Below, piece after piece: positions 23,415-36,560 of a stretch of DNA of 64,000 nucleotides (the stretch's first letter is position 1; each line of letters opens with the position of its first letter). Under the pieces are notes generated by a model. The model did no database searches. It was not told the DNA's origin and worked only from the letters and a program-made list of their open reading frames with translations. Source of the stretch: Scyliorhinus canicula (Eukaryota); contig NW_024055852.1 in assembly GCF_902713615.1 (NCBI RefSeq), positions 1-64,000 of the forward strand, given 5' to 3'. A program made the position numbers and the translations under genes.

Positions 23415-24025
23415 CAGACATACACTTACACACATCACAGACTCTGACCTAAAACACACAAACTCTCGCTTTTTCTCATACTCTCTCACACCCATCCACA
23501 CACAAACAGACTCTTAAACACACTATCACACATGTACACGCTCTCGCACTCTCTCTCTCTGGCACACATACAAACAATGGCTCTCTCACATATCCACACA
23601 AAAACACTCTCTCGCACACACACTCTCTTGCACACAGACGCACTCTCTATCGTACACACATTGACAATTGCGCACACACATTATTTCTCTAACACACGCA
23701 GTCTCTCTCACAAAGACACTGCCGCTCTGTCACATACTCACTCACATATACACAGTCTGTCTCACACTCATTCTCTGACACGTTGTCTGTCTCTCACGAA
23801 CATTCACACACAGTCTTTCTCGCTCTAATGACTCTCACACACACATTCTCACTCAGGCACACTCTCTGATATGCGCTCTCTCACAGTATTTCACTCGCAC
23901 ATACGTATTATATCCCTCTCCTGTACACCAGCCCTTTTACACATACATTCTCTCACACTTTCTCTCACTCATAGCCACTCCGTCACACACACAAACACAC
24001 TGACACACCCACTGTCTCTCACACC
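23415..24025. repeat. CA/CT-rich low-complexity tract
   Basis: Degenerate (ctca/caca)n. Confidence 0.85.
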
Positions 24026-24210
24026 AAGGCCAATCCACCAAACATTCATTTCTTTGGAATGTGGGAGGACACCAGATTACCCGGAGGGAACCCACAAAGA
24101 CAGGGGAGAAAGTACAAATTCCACACAGACAGTCACCCAAGGCCGAAACTGAACACAGATCTCTGGGGCTTTGAGGAAGCAGTGCTAAGCGCCGTGCCAC
24201 CGTGCTGCCC
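24026..24210 (-). mobile_element. SINE family A, diverged
   Basis: ggccaatccacc...cacagacagtcaccc...gctaagcgccgtgccaccgtgctgcccc. Confidence 0.7.
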
Positions 24211-24405
24211 CAACTAGCGATTATAAATTATGTAGCTACAAGAACAGGTCAGAGGCTGGGAATCCTGCTGCGAAAAACTCACCTCACGCCTCCCCAAACC
24301 CTGTCCACCATCTGCAAAGCACACCTAATCAAGGCTCCTCGGACAGCATCTTCCTAATCTACAACTGCTACCATTGTTCCAGTTCTGAATGACATCAACA
24401 TTTAG

Positions 24406-24720
24406 GCAGCTGCCCAGTGATCTACACTGCTGTCTGACATTACACAGCCGGTGTTACTGACAGTATTAAAGCAGCTGCCCAGTTATCTACACTGCTGTCT
24501 GACTGTACACAGCCGGTGTTACTGACAGTATTAAAGCAGCTGCCCAGTGATCTACACTGCTGTCTGACTGTACACAGCCGGTGTTACTGACAGTATTAAA
24601 GCAGCTGCCCAGTGATCTACACTGCTGTCTGACTGTACACAGCCGGTGTTACTGACAGTATTAAAGCAGCTGCCCAGTGATCTACACTGCTGTCTGACTG
24701 TACACAGCCGGTGTTACTGA
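24406..24720 (+). repeat. 65-bp minisatellite, about 4.8 near-identical copies
   Basis: Unit gcagctgcccagtgatctacactgctgtctgactgtacacagccggtgttactgacagtattaaa starts at 24406, 24471, 24536, 24601 and 24666. Confidence 0.95.
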
Positions 24721-24914
24721 AAGCTGATCAATGTGGAGAATCAGGACAGGATCGATGAAGAGGAAGAGGAGGAGGTGGGATGGTGGAGCCTAATGGAAGA
24801 GCCCCCAGCTCGGCTGTGGACAACAGGCAACAGAAAGCTGAGTCTGAGTGGAAAATTATCCTGAGAATCATAATTCACACGGGCATGGATTACCTGGCAA
24901 TGATTATTCACTCT

Positions 24915-25800
24915 CCCCTCACTCACACACCCTTATCACTCACACACCCTCACTCACCTACCCTCACTCATTCACCGCACGCACCCACCTTCTCTCACCC
25001 ACCCTCACTTGCTCACTCAGGCTCAGACACTCTCTCTCACACTCAACCACAAACCCTTAATCACCTATCCTTACTCACCCATTCTCATTCACTCACACTC
25101 AATCTCTCACTCACGCACACTCACCGAACCTCGCTGACCCAGCCGCACTCGCTTAAACTCACTCACTCACCTTCGCTTACCCTCATTCGCCCAACCTCAC
25201 TCATCCATCCTCACTCTCTCAGCCTCTCTCACCCACCGTCACTCACCGACCCTCACTCAACCTCCCTCACCCGCACTCACTCATCTACCCACCCTCTTTC
25301 ACACTCACTCAGTCATCCTCACCCATCCATTAACCTCCACGTACCTTCATTCACCCATCCTCGCTCACGCACCCTCACTCATCCTTACTCATTCAACGTC
25401 ATTCACTCATCTTCACTCATCCACCTTCACTCACCCTCAATGATGCTCACTCACTAACCCTTCCTCACCCTCATTCACCCACTCTCACTCATCCATCCAG
25501 CCTCACACCCTCATTCACCAGCCTCACTCACACTCTCTCACCTTTACTAACTAACCCATCCTCGCTCATTCACCCTCACTCACCCTCATTCATGCGTCCT
25601 CACTCACTCACCCTAAAACACTCACCATCCCTCATGCACTCCCACACACCATCGCCCATTAACGCTCACTCACTCCCATTGAGCCATACTCACTCACCCT
25701 CATTTAGCCACACTCACTCACACACCCTTATTCACGAATCCTCAGTTACCCATACTCACTCACGATCACTCACCAATCCTTGCTCACCCACATATACGTA
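24915..25800. repeat. CTCA/CACT-rich low-complexity tract
   Basis: Top strand strongly C-rich and almost G-free. Confidence 0.85.
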
Positions 25801-25939
25801 TAGCTACCAAAGAGTCATAAACATGTTCAAGCTAAAACACGGGACTAGTTGTGTGCCAAACACCATGAGCAGCAAGTAATAGACAGCGCAAAGTGATTCC
25901 ACAACTAACACATCAGATTTAAGCCCTGTCGTCCTGCCA

Positions 25940-27450
25940 CATGCAGCCCTGAATTGTGCTGGACAATTAAATAACTCACAGGAGGATGAGGTTCCAGAAA
26001 TATCCCCATCCTTAATTATGGAGGAGCTCAGCACATCTGTGCAAAAGACCAGACTGAAGTATTCACAACGATCTTGAGCCAGAAATGCCGAGTGGATGAT
26101 CCATCTCCTTCTCTTCTGGCGGCCCCCAGAATCACAGATGTCAGTCTTCAGCCAATACAATTCAGTCCACGTGATAACAAGACATGGCTGAAGGCATTGG
26201 ATACTGCAAAGGCTATGGGCCCTGGCAACATTCCGGCAACACTACTGAAGGCTTGTGGTATAGAATAATAATAATAATCCTTCTTGTCACAAGTAGGCTT
26301 ACATTAACACTGCAATGAAGTTACTGCGAAAAGCCCCGAGTCACCACATTCCGGTGCCTGTTCGGAGGGAGAATTCAGAAAGTCCAAATTACCTAACCTG
26401 CTGGACCCCAAGCTGTTCCAGTACAGCGACAACACTGGCATCTACCGGCAATATGGAAAATTGCCCAGGTGTTGTCCTGTACACAAGAACCAGGACAAAT
26501 CCAACCCACCAATTACTGCCCTATCAGACTACTCTCAATTATCAGAAAATTGATGTAAGCAGCCATCGAAAATGCTATCCAATGGCACTTACTCAGTAAT
26601 AACCTGCTCACGGACGCTCAGTTTGGGCTCCACCAGGGTCACTCGGCCCCTGACCACATTACAGCCTTGGTTCAAACATGGACAAAAGCGCTGAATGCCA
26701 GAGGTGAGGTGAGAGTGTCTGCCCTTGACATCAAGGCAGCACTTGACCAAATATGGCATCCAGGAGCCCTAGAAAAACTGGAGTCAATGGGAAGCAGAGG
26801 GGAAACTGTGCGCTGGTTGGAGTCATGGCCTGCACAAAGGAAGATGGTTGCGGTGGTTGGAGGTCAATCATCTCAACTCCAGTAGTTCTTCAGGGTAGTG
26901 TCCGAGGACCAAACTATCCCCAGCTTCTTCATTTATGACCTCCCATCCAATATAAGGTCAGAAGTGGGGGTGTTCGCAGATGACTGCACAATGTTCAGCA
27001 CCATTCACGTCTCCTCAGGTAATGAAGAAGTCCATGTCCAAACGCAGTAAAACGTGGAAAATTTCCAAGCGTAGGCTGAAAAGTCACAAGTTACAGTCGT
27101 GCAACACAAGTGTCAGGCAGTGGCCATCTCTTACAAGAGAGGATCTAACCATCACTTCTTGACATTCAACGTCATTACCTACGGTGCAGCCCCCACAATC
27201 AACATCCTGGGAGTTACCATTGATCAGAAACTGAAGAGGATAAGCCACATTAATACTGTGGCTACCAGAACAAATCAAAAGCTAGAAATCCTACGGCGGG
27301 TAACTCACCTCCTGACCCCCCCTCAAAAGCCTGGGTCCGCCATCTACAAGGCACAAAGCAGGAGTGTAATGTAATACTCTCCACTTGCCCAGTTGAATAC
27401 AGCTCCAACAACATTCAAGCAGCTCGATAACGTCCAGGACAAAGCAGCCA
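25940..27450 (+). mobile_element. CR1-group LINE RT fragment, degenerate, with a SINE tail inserted at about 26270-26400
   Basis: LKALDTAKAMGP, ALDIKAALDQIWH, LQGSVRGP, FADD (ttcgcagatgac), INILGVTIDQKL. Confidence 0.8.
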
Positions 27451-27690
27451 GTTCACAGCGCCAGGGTCCGAGGTTCGATTCCCGGCTTGGGTCACTGTCT
27501 GTGCGGAGTCTGCACGTTCTCCCCGTGGGTTTCCTCCGGGTGCTCCGGTAGGTGAGTTGGACAGTCTGAATTCTCACTCAGTGTACCCAAACAGGTGTCA
27601 GAATGCGACGACTACGGGATTTTCAAAGTAAGCTCATTGCAGTGTTAATGTAAGCTTACTTGTGACACTAATAAAGATTACTATTATTAT
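27450..27690 (+). mobile_element. SINE (tRNA head, tta-tail subtype)
   Basis: gttcgattcccggcttgggtcactgtc head; 3' end ...gtaagcttacttgtgacactaataaagattactattatt, as at 45135-45400. Confidence 0.7.
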
Positions 27691-27962
27691 AAGCTCACTC
27701 ACCCAGGCTCATTGACTCACTCTCACTCATACTCTAACCCTCACTGACCGACCCTCAGTCAACCACCCTCACTAACCTACCCTCACTCGCCAAAACAAAT
27801 TCACTCCCACTCACTCACCCTCCTTCCCACATGCTCACTGAGTCCCCCTCACACATTCAGCTGCATTCATTCACTCAAACTCCCTCCATCATCATCTCTC
27901 ACTCTCTCAATCTCGCTCGTCCACCCACACTTACTCATTCCCACGCACCTTAATCATTCAAG

Positions 27963-28680
27963 TACACTTACTCATCCTCACACACCTTATTCATTCATCC
28001 ACACTTACTCATCCTCACACACCTTATTCATTCATCCACACTTACTCATCCTCACACACCTTATTCATTCACCCACCCTTACTCATCCTCATGCACCTTA
28101 TTCATTCAGCCACCCTCACTCGTCCTCACACACCTTATTCTTTCACCCACTCTCACTCGTCCTCGCACACCTTATTCATTCACCTACCTTTACTCGTCCT
28201 CGCACACCTTATTCTTTCACCCACTCACTCATCCTCACACACCTTATTAATTCACCCACCCTTACTCGTCCTCGCACACGTTATTCATTCAGCCACTCTC
28301 ACTCATCCTCACACACCTTATTCATTCACCCACCCTTACTCGTCCTTGCACACGTTATTCATTCAGCCACTCTCACTCATCCTCACACACCTTATTCTTT
28401 CATCCACCCTCACTCATCCTCACACACCTTATTCATTCAGCCACTCTCACTCATCCTCACACACCTTATTCTTTCATCCACCCTCACTCATCCTCACACA
28501 CCTTATTCATTCAGCCACTCTCACTCATCCTCACACACCTTATTCATTCACCTACCCTTACTCATCCTCACACACCTTATTCATTCATCCACTCTCACTC
28601 ATCCTCACACACCTTATTCATTCATCCACTCTCACTCATCCTCGCACACCTTATTCATTCACCTACCCTTACTCGCACGC
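27963..28680 (+). repeat. 37-bp minisatellite (about 19 copies) within a CTCA-rich tract spanning 27695-29010
   Basis: Unit cacacttactcatcctcacacaccttattcattcatc; period 37 seen at 27964, 28001 and 28038. Confidence 0.9.
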
Positions 28681-29082
28681 TCATCTAACCTTACTCACAC
28701 AGCCTCAGCAACTCACTTACAATCAGTCACTCGCCCTCTATATCCACCGTCATTAGCTCACCTCCACTTACTCACTCACCCACTCTCCAGTCCCTCACTC
28801 ACTTACCCTTACACGCACTCTTCGTAACTCACTCTCACTCACCTCAGTAACCCGCCAAGTAACTCAACTCACTCAATCACCAACTCTAATCCGTTCACCC
28901 TCGCTCATTCACTCTCACTCACCGATCCTCTATCATCATTCCTCACTCCTTCACACTCATTCACCCTCATTCAACAAGCCTTTATGACCCACCCTCACTC
29001 ATCCGCACATCCCACCCAGACAGGGGGAAGTACCAGGCGCCGAGGTAAAGTGAAAATAAGCAGGACAATTGCACATCACCTG

Positions 29083-29435
29083 GGGCAGCAGGGTAGCATG
29101 GTGGTTAGCATAAATGCTTCACAGCTCCAGGGTCCCAGGTTCGATTCCCGGCTGGGTCACTGTCTGTGTGGAGTCTGCACGTCCTCCCCCTGTGTGCGTG
29201 GGTTTCCTCCGGGTGCTCCGGTTTCCTCCCACAGTCCAAAGATGTGCGGGTTAGGTGGATTGGCCATGCTAAATTGCCCGTAGTGGCCTAATAAAAGTAA
29301 GGTTAAGGGGGGGGGGTTGTTGGGCTACAGGTATAGGGTGGATACGTGGGTTTGAGTGGGGTGATCATGGCTCGGCACAACATTGAGGGCCGAAGGGCCT
29401 GTTCTGTGCTGTACTGTTCTATGTTCTATGTTCTA
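29083..29435 (+). mobile_element. SINE family A, full length, (gttcta)n tail
   Basis: gggcagc head to gttctatgttcta tail; short TSD acctg. Confidence 0.9.
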
Positions 29436-30282
29436 CCTGAGAAAAGTGCAGAGAGGCTGAGGAAAGTGCAGAGAGCCTGAAAAATGGCAGAGTTGGGGAG
29501 CAATGCAGAGGACCAGTGGCAAATGCAGGAAAAGTGAATAGATTCAGATGATGCTACAAGACGTCTTGGCGAAACTGGTGGCAGCTGGAAAGCGCAGTGA
29601 GCTGGTTATCGGGAGAAGGCAGAATGTCGAAATAACACTACAATCAGCTGAGCCACGATCTTAATAAATTGCGGAGGAGGCTCGTGGGACCCAGTGGACG
29701 ATTCCTGCTACTGTATTGAAGTACACGAAACCAGGATTACAGATTACAGAATATCTTGAACACTACGCAAATTTGGGGTTTCATGTTCATTACGTAAATA
29801 TTCATTCGAGGGATTTTTGAAGCCAAGTCACTATTCGCTGTGAGATGAATGGTAGTGAAAGGAGAGGAGGTGGCATCGGTCAGTTTGAACATGAGCAATT
29901 TGTAAAACTGCAAGATATAAATGAAGAGAACCTTCTTTATCACTAAGTGCTGTTGTTTCAGAAATAAATTGTGGCACAAATAATGCAGTAAATTGCCTGC
30001 TCTTCTCTATTAATCCAACGAATGGTGCGTCATTCAAGTGAAATTGCATTTTATTTGTTGTGAAGTGATAGAGACGGAAAAATAGATGTGAGTTTCTAAA
30101 GAGAGAACAAACAGGTGGTGATTCCAAAATTATGGAACTAATAGAAGCTTAAATCTGGCTGTGGGATTTAATTAGAATATTTTAGGATAATTTAATTTTC
30201 CCGGTCAAATTTTGAAATGTTTGGTTACTGAAAAATCACAAATAACAGAGTCTAACTTGTTGAATGGGCCATTCTCTCCCAG

Positions 30283-30582
30283 CAACACCGTCTCCGCCCA
30301 CTCTCTACAGCCTGGTCTCCTCCTGTCAGCAACACAACACCAATGGCTCCATGACCTACGGCTGTTTGGCGATGGACTACTCCCCAGAAATCACCAGCCT
30401 TACCTGGAAGAAAGATGGGCAGCTGATCACCAACGGAGTTCAGAAATACCCGTCAGTGAGAAACAAGAAGGGAACCTACACCCTGAGCAGCCAGTTAATC
30501 ATCACCGAGTCAGAGGGGGGATGCAGCAACATCAGCTGTGAGGTTCGACATAGCGGCTCAGACAAGAGCATGGAAATGACAT
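30283..30582 (+). CDS. IGHM: IgM constant exon Cmu1
   Basis: (A)[14 protein letters not shown]...[10 protein letters not shown]...WKKDG...YTLSSQL...ISCEV; acceptor ends 30282, donor gtaagt at 30583; 300 bp, phase 1-1. Confidence 0.95.
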
Positions 30583-30794
30583 GTAAGTGTTGTAGAAACT
30601 GTGACAAATAGAACAGTTATGATTCCCTTGTATAGGGTCTTGGTTAGAACACACTAATACTAATCTGCATTGTCTTGATCCCACGAAATTCCAGGTTAGT
30701 GTCTACTGACCGCTAAATAGCTTTTTAAGTATGAGGTTGTTTGATTTATTCTCAATTTCGTCTGTAAGAAATGTCTAACTTGTGCTTCTTGAAG

Positions 30795-31106
30795 GCCCTC
30801 CACCTGTCAACACTCCAAATGTTCTCCTCACCGTGAGTTTCCGTGACAAAATCATAAGACAGAAATTTGCAATCATCGTCTGTTCAATCATCCATTTCCG
30901 TCCAAAGTCAATGACGGTGAAGTGGCTGAAGAATGGACAACCCATGGGTTCAGGAATTGTCACCTCTCCCGCCTGTGAAGTGAACGGGAACTTCTCGGTG
31001 AGCAGTCGGCTGACCGTCTCCGCTGGGGAATGGTTCAGCAAAGCGGTCTATACCTGCCAGGTCATTCATCGAGAGGTCACCCAAAATCACAACATCATCG
31101 CATCTG
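30795..31106 (+). CDS. IGHM: IgM constant exon Cmu2
   Basis: [38 protein letters not shown]; acceptor gaag ends 30794, donor gtaaga at 31107; 312 bp. Confidence 0.95.
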
Positions 31107-31740
31107 GTAAGAGACACAAACAGGAAACAATAAATCATCCTGAACTCGGATGTAGATCAATATCAGGAATTTGTTGAAGTTAGTATAAAGCACAGAACAA
31201 CTTCTAATATACTGCCATGTAGTTTGTGTTTCATTCTGATGTAAGAGCTGCATTAGGATTGCTCAACATTCAGGATGTTATAAGAAGAGCAAAGAATATT
31301 TCCTCTACTTTTAAGCCATTTAGTGAGTGAGGTGGACTTGATGTCAGCATTATCCTGAGACAGCTGATTATATTTGAGAGGCAGTGGGTGTCTGGAACCC
31401 TTTACTGATAACAACTCCGGGTAAAGTGTTGGAAAGTTCATCCAACCTATTTTTAAATCAGCCTTCGGCATTAGGTTTCTGAGATCAGGACTGGAATATT
31501 TGTATTGGGAATGCTGCAATACTGATTCGTTAGAATGATATCGTGGCTGACTGTATTTCACAATGAGAATAGTTTTCACAAATCAAACTGGTTTGCCATT
31601 GTGTATAGACGATTAAGAGCGATCGTTTGAGATTGATATTTCTAAGTTGATTTATTCCCATTTAGAGAGTGAAGGCTGAATCCTGCTGTCCTGATTCTGA
31701 AGCTGAAACTTGGGTTGATTTCCACTTTTTTCAATCACAG

Positions 31741-32049
31741 ATCTTTCCCCTTGCACTGATGCCTCAGTAACAATACTGCCACCGCCAATAGAACAGGTCT
31801 TACTGGAGGCGACTGTAACCTTAACCTGCGTCATTTCGAATGCTCCCTATGGAGTCAACGTGTCCTGGAGTGAAGCGAAGAAGCCGCTGAAATCAGAGAT
31901 TGCCGACCAGCCTGGGGCAGATACTGAGAGCGTGGTCAGCAAATTAAACATCTCCACACAAGCCTGGCTGAGTGGGGCTGTGTTTGACTGTGTGGCGAGC
32001 CATCAGGACCTGCCAACTCCTTTAAGAAATTCCATGCGTAAGAAAATAG
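31741..32049 (+). CDS. IGHM: IgM constant exon Cmu3
   Basis: [31 protein letters not shown]...[20 protein letters not shown]; acceptor tcacag ends 31740, donor gtgagt at 32050; 309 bp. Confidence 0.95.
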
Positions 32050-32264
32050 GTGAGTGGAGAGATTGGAGCAATAAGTGAGCCATTGTGTCCATTCCAAGTG
32101 ACAGCGCAACGGTGAATATTCAGTGTATTTCTGGTCTATTCGGATTTCCACTAACTAAATACTCTTGGCCTCTAGACCTTATGGGGGGAATTGATATGCA
32201 GATGAATGAACAGTGAATTGAAGGCGGTGATATTGGGTTTTGATAGAGAAAGACCATCGACTAG

Positions 32265-33400
32265 AAGACGTAAGAGCAGACTGAGGCCATTGGGCCCATC
32301 GAGGCTGCCCGGCTTTCAGTGAGAGCATGACTGATCTGATATAATCCTCAATTCTACTTTCTCGCGGTAACCCCTCATCCCTTAATTTATTTACTCATTA
32401 GAAATCTGTACATCTCAGCTTTAAACATACTTTACGACCCAATTCCCACATCTTATCTCTGTTAAAGATTTCCTCAGGTTCACTATCCTCTGCGAGAAGA
32501 AATTCCTCCTCTTATTTGTCTTAACTGGGCGACCCCTTACTTTGAGATTGTACCCTCTGGTTCTAGACTCTGCCACAAGGAAAGCAACCACTCAGTATCT
32601 ACCCTGTCAAACCTGCTGAGGATCTTTTATGTCTGATTAGGTTCCCTGAATTATTCTAATCCCCAGTGAGTGCACGCCCAATCTACTCAACCCCTCCTCA
32701 TAATAAAATCCCTCCATACCCGGGCTCAACATCATGAAGATTCTCTGAACTGCTTCCCAAATCAGTATGCCTTCATTAGATAAGGGCACCAAAACTGTTC
32801 AAAGTAAATCAGGTGTGGTCTAACTAGTGTACTGTTAGTTTTAGCAAAACGTTCCTATTTTTATATTCCTTTCCTTTAAAATAAAGGTCAACATTCAATT
32901 TGACTTCCCTATTACCTTCAGAACTTGCATGCTAGATCTTTGTGATTTATGTGTGAGATCCCCCCCAAATCTATTTGTGCTGCAGTTCTCTGCAGTCTTT
33001 CTCCATCTAAATAAAATTGAACTATTTTGTTCCTCCTATGAAACTGTTCAGTCTCACATTTTCCGACGTTATATTCCATCCGCCAAGTCACTTAACCTGT
33101 CTCTGTCCCTCTGTAGATTATCTGTGTTATCCTCACCACTTGCCTTCCTACCAATTTGTGTCATCCGCAAACTTGGCAATAATAGTCACTTATCAAACGC
33201 TGTTTTGGAATTCATGCATATCAAATCTATTGTTTCCCATTTCTCTTGCCTGCTCCTCACCACCTCAAAAAATATAATAAATTTGTCAGACTATTACATC
33301 CGTTCTAATGGACTCTAATGGTTTCCCACTGACAGATGTTAAGGTCACTGGTCTATAGTTAGCTGTTTTCTTCACCCTCCTTTTTGAATAAGATTGGCAG
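32265..33400 (-). mobile_element. Old degenerate CR1 LINE in the Cmu3-Cmu4 intron
   Basis: CR1-type 3' tail (gagcag..aggccattgggcccatcgagg) and RT-region remnants (gtcatccgcaaactt = KFADD). Confidence 0.6.
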
Positions 33401-33719
33401 TGTTACAATCCTGTGGGAGTAAGGTGCGGGGGGAGGGGAGCCAGGTGTGGAGCTTCTACACCAGCACAGGACAGTTGGGCTGAATGGCCTGTTTCCCTGC
33501 TGTTTGCTTTGTGCAACTTTCCAGTCCCAAAGCCGTACATTTTCAGGAAACATTATTGTGTCCACCTCTGCTCCGAGCTGGGAAACCGGACAGATCCCAA
33601 AGTGGAAAATGGAAACCTTCAAAATCCAACACAAAACACATTTCTCCCACATCTAACCCGCGGTTCCATTGTCTCCGGAATTCTCCATTTTATTGATATT
33701 TATTGTACATTTTCTGCAG

Positions 33720-34111
33720 ATCCCAATCCGCGGGAACCGTCCGTCTCTGTCCTCCGGCCCTCGGCTGAAGACGTCTCCGCTCAGAGATTCGTCTCCCTCA
33801 GCTGCTTAGTGAGAGGTTTCTCCCCCCGAGAGATCTTCGTCAAGTGGACCGTCAATGACAAGCCGGTGAATCCCGGGAACTACAAGAACACCGAGGTGAT
33901 GGCGGAGAACGGCAATAGCTCCTTCTTCATGTACAGCCTGTTATCCATTGCAGCGGAGGAGTGGGCCAGCGGCGCTTCTTACTCCTGTGTGGTGGGACAT
34001 GAAGCCATCCCCTTGAAGATCATCAACAGAACGGTTGATAAATCCAGCGGTAAACCCAGTTTTGTGAACATTTCCCTCGCTCTGATGGACACCGTTAATT
34101 CATGTCAATGA
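33720..34111 (+). CDS. IGHM: IgM Cmu4 plus secretory tailpiece; internal donor at 34050 for the membrane form
   Basis: [54 protein letters not shown]|[20 protein letters not shown]; penultimate Cys and N-glycan site NIS. Confidence 0.97.
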
Positions 34112-34134
34112 GAATCTATCACATTTCAAACATC

Positions 34135-34150
34135 AATAAATAATAATAAA
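34135..34150 (+). terminator. Poly(A) signals for secreted mu mRNA
   Basis: AATAAA at 34135-40 and 34145-50, about 25-35 nt after the stop codon. Confidence 0.8.
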
Positions 34151-34574
34151 GGTTTATTTCCCCCCTACAATTGTGATTTAAATACACAACCGCTTAATTA
34201 ATGGTGCTTCCGGTTTGCTGATGTTAGATTTGTTTAATGAGACCCAGATTTCTACAGGTCTCTGACCAACGAGTTGTAAAACCCGCACTCGCAGATACAC
34301 CCTGTGTTAGAGTCTAATTTAAACTCAGTCATTCCAGGATTCAGCATAATATCGTCTTCGACTTTCCTCCCGCTGAGGAGAAATCGGATAATTCCCATTT
34401 CAGACGAACAGACTCATGGCATTGAGATCTCAGTGTTCCTAATTCTCAGATTGTCCATCCCTTTAAGATTGATGTCAGTTGCTGCATCACACCCACTGGG
34501 ACCTGAATTGACGGTTTCACACAAACATGGACCAACAATCCCCCGTCAAAGGGACGGGAAAGCGAAATCGTTTT

Positions 34575-34795
34575 TTTTTTGTTTCAGTTCCCAATCATTT
34601 TTCTTCCAATTGAGGGGCAATTTAGCGTGGCCAATCCGCCTACCCTGAACATCTTTGGGCTGTTGGGGTGATACGCACGCAGATACGGGGAGAATGTGCA
34701 AACCCCACACGGACAGTGATCTGGGGCCGCGATCGATCCGAGTTCCACTGCGCCGCGAGGCAACGGTGCTAACCACAATGCCACTGTAGCGCCCA
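34575..34795 (-). mobile_element. SINE family A
   Basis: caattgaggggcaatttagcgtggccaatcc...gctaaccac. Confidence 0.8.
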
Positions 34796-35667
34796 CTGGA
34801 AAGCGAAATAGTTAACCCACTGTACCCCACTACCACAACAAAGAGAGGAGGGACATTACTTAACCCACTGGACTGCCACTTGCACCAAAAAGAGATGAAG
34901 AGCATTAGTTAACCACTGTACCCACACTTCCCAAAAGAGGGGGTGGGGCAGATATTAACCCACTTTATCCTGTCTCCCCCACAAAGAGCGATTAACCTAT
35001 TTCACCTCCACGCTCCCGACCACCATACGAGGAGTAAGGTCACTACTGTATCTCCAAGTGCACAACAGGGGAACCCAAAGGGAATTTGCGTAGCTGACCA
35101 GAGAGAAGAAGAAAATAACTTACTATCCTCACATTCCACAAGCATGGAGTTTGGGAGTGGACGGATATCTACTCTATGGACTGACATTGCAAGACGGCTT
35201 GCAGATTACTGGCTGAAGGTTTTAAAAGACGATCATGTTTAAGATATTCTTAAGATATCAATTTGTGCAACATAATTTGAACTTTTTAAGCACTCTTTTT
35301 CCCTCTTATCCGTATGTCAAGGATGATTCCCCATCATCCAAACTGGTGATTGGGTTGTCCCTGGGTTTCCACGGTTCTCTCCTGAAGCACCTCAATGTAT
35401 TTTTGCATTAGGTCACCTTGCACAAAACAGATGCACAGTCCAACATATTCTACATTGGCAGGCACAATACCCAGAACTGGCAAAGCTATAGGGAGCTGAT
35501 ACAAATTCACAGACACACAGATAAACAGACACAAACACTACGCATACATGCACACGTACATACACCCACAGACATACACTCGCGCACACACACAAATACA
35601 CACACACATCGAACCCCATGCGTTAGCATAAACCCTGGCACATCGAAACACGAAAACAGACGCAAAC

Positions 35668-36560
35668 ATTTTTTTTATAAATGTTTTTTATTGAGTTTTC
35701 ATGTTTTATATATGACAAGTTACAAATTATTAGAGAGATAAAAAGAAAACACAAAAATTTAACATGTATATTTACAGGTAAGCATCTTTATAACAACAAT
35801 TGTGGCTGCCCCCTTTAGCCAGCACACATATTTTACATTCCCCAATATGGCCGAGGCACATGTTTATAGGCATTTATTTATAGTTTGGTTTTGGGCCTTA
35901 GCTTGCAATCAAACCCCCATAACGAACCCGTAACCCCCCCCCCCCCCTCCCCCCCCCCCCCCCCGCTACCTTCCCCCGATTCCCGTCCATTTTCCCCTGG
36001 TTCTTGGCCACCCGACTATTCTTCCTTTTGTACGTTGGCCACAAACAGGTCCCAGAACAGTTGCATGAATGGCTCCCACGTTCTATGGAAGCCGCCGTCT
36101 GACCCTCGGATGGCGAATTTGATTTTCTCCATTTGGAGAGATTCCGAGAGGTCGGACAGCCAGTCTGCAGCTCTGGGCGGTGCTGCTGACCGCCAGCCAA
36201 ACAGGATTCTACGGCGAGCGATCAGGGAGGCAAAGGCAAGGGCGTCCGCCCTCCTCCCCAGGAATAGATCTGGCTGGTCTGAAACCCCGAAGACCGCCAC
36301 TATCGGGCACGGTTCCACCCTCACCCCCACCACTTTGGACATAACCTCGAAGAAGGCTGTCCAGTAATCCACAAGTCTGGGGCAAGACCAGAACATGTGG
36401 GCGTGGTTGGCCGGGCCTCTTTGGCACCGTTCACATCTGTCCTCCACCTCCGGGAAGAACCTGCTCATACGGTTTCTCATTAAGTGGGCTCTATGTACCA
36501 CTTTTAGTTGCGTCAGGCTGAGCCTTGCGCATGTGGAGGTGGAGTTGACCCTATGCAGTG
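35668..36560 (-). mobile_element. LINE-1-clade 3' end (ORF2 Cys-rich C-terminus, 3'UTR, poly-A)
   Basis: CERCQRGPANHAHMFWSC, RRRILFGWRS, MEKIKF; T-rich tract at 35668. Confidence 0.85.

Noticed and set aside
24406-24720. CRISPR-like array or cryptic RSS array (cacagcc + 12 nt)
   Set aside because: Units are contiguous with no unique spacers and the genome is eukaryotic; the would-be nonamer agtattaaa matches only 3 of 9 positions.
28091-28756. 221-aa His/Ser/Thr/Pro-rich ORF (also 24780-25457)
   Set aside because: Translation of low-complexity minisatellite that happens to lack stops; no coding signature.
29083-29160. tRNA genes at SINE 5' ends (many copies)
   Set aside because: A/B-box-like heads continue into SINE body and LINE-like tail; they are not free-standing tRNAs.
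33413-33719. N-terminal part of the 232-aa ORF
   Set aside because: Intronic open frame upstream of the Cmu4 acceptor at 33719.
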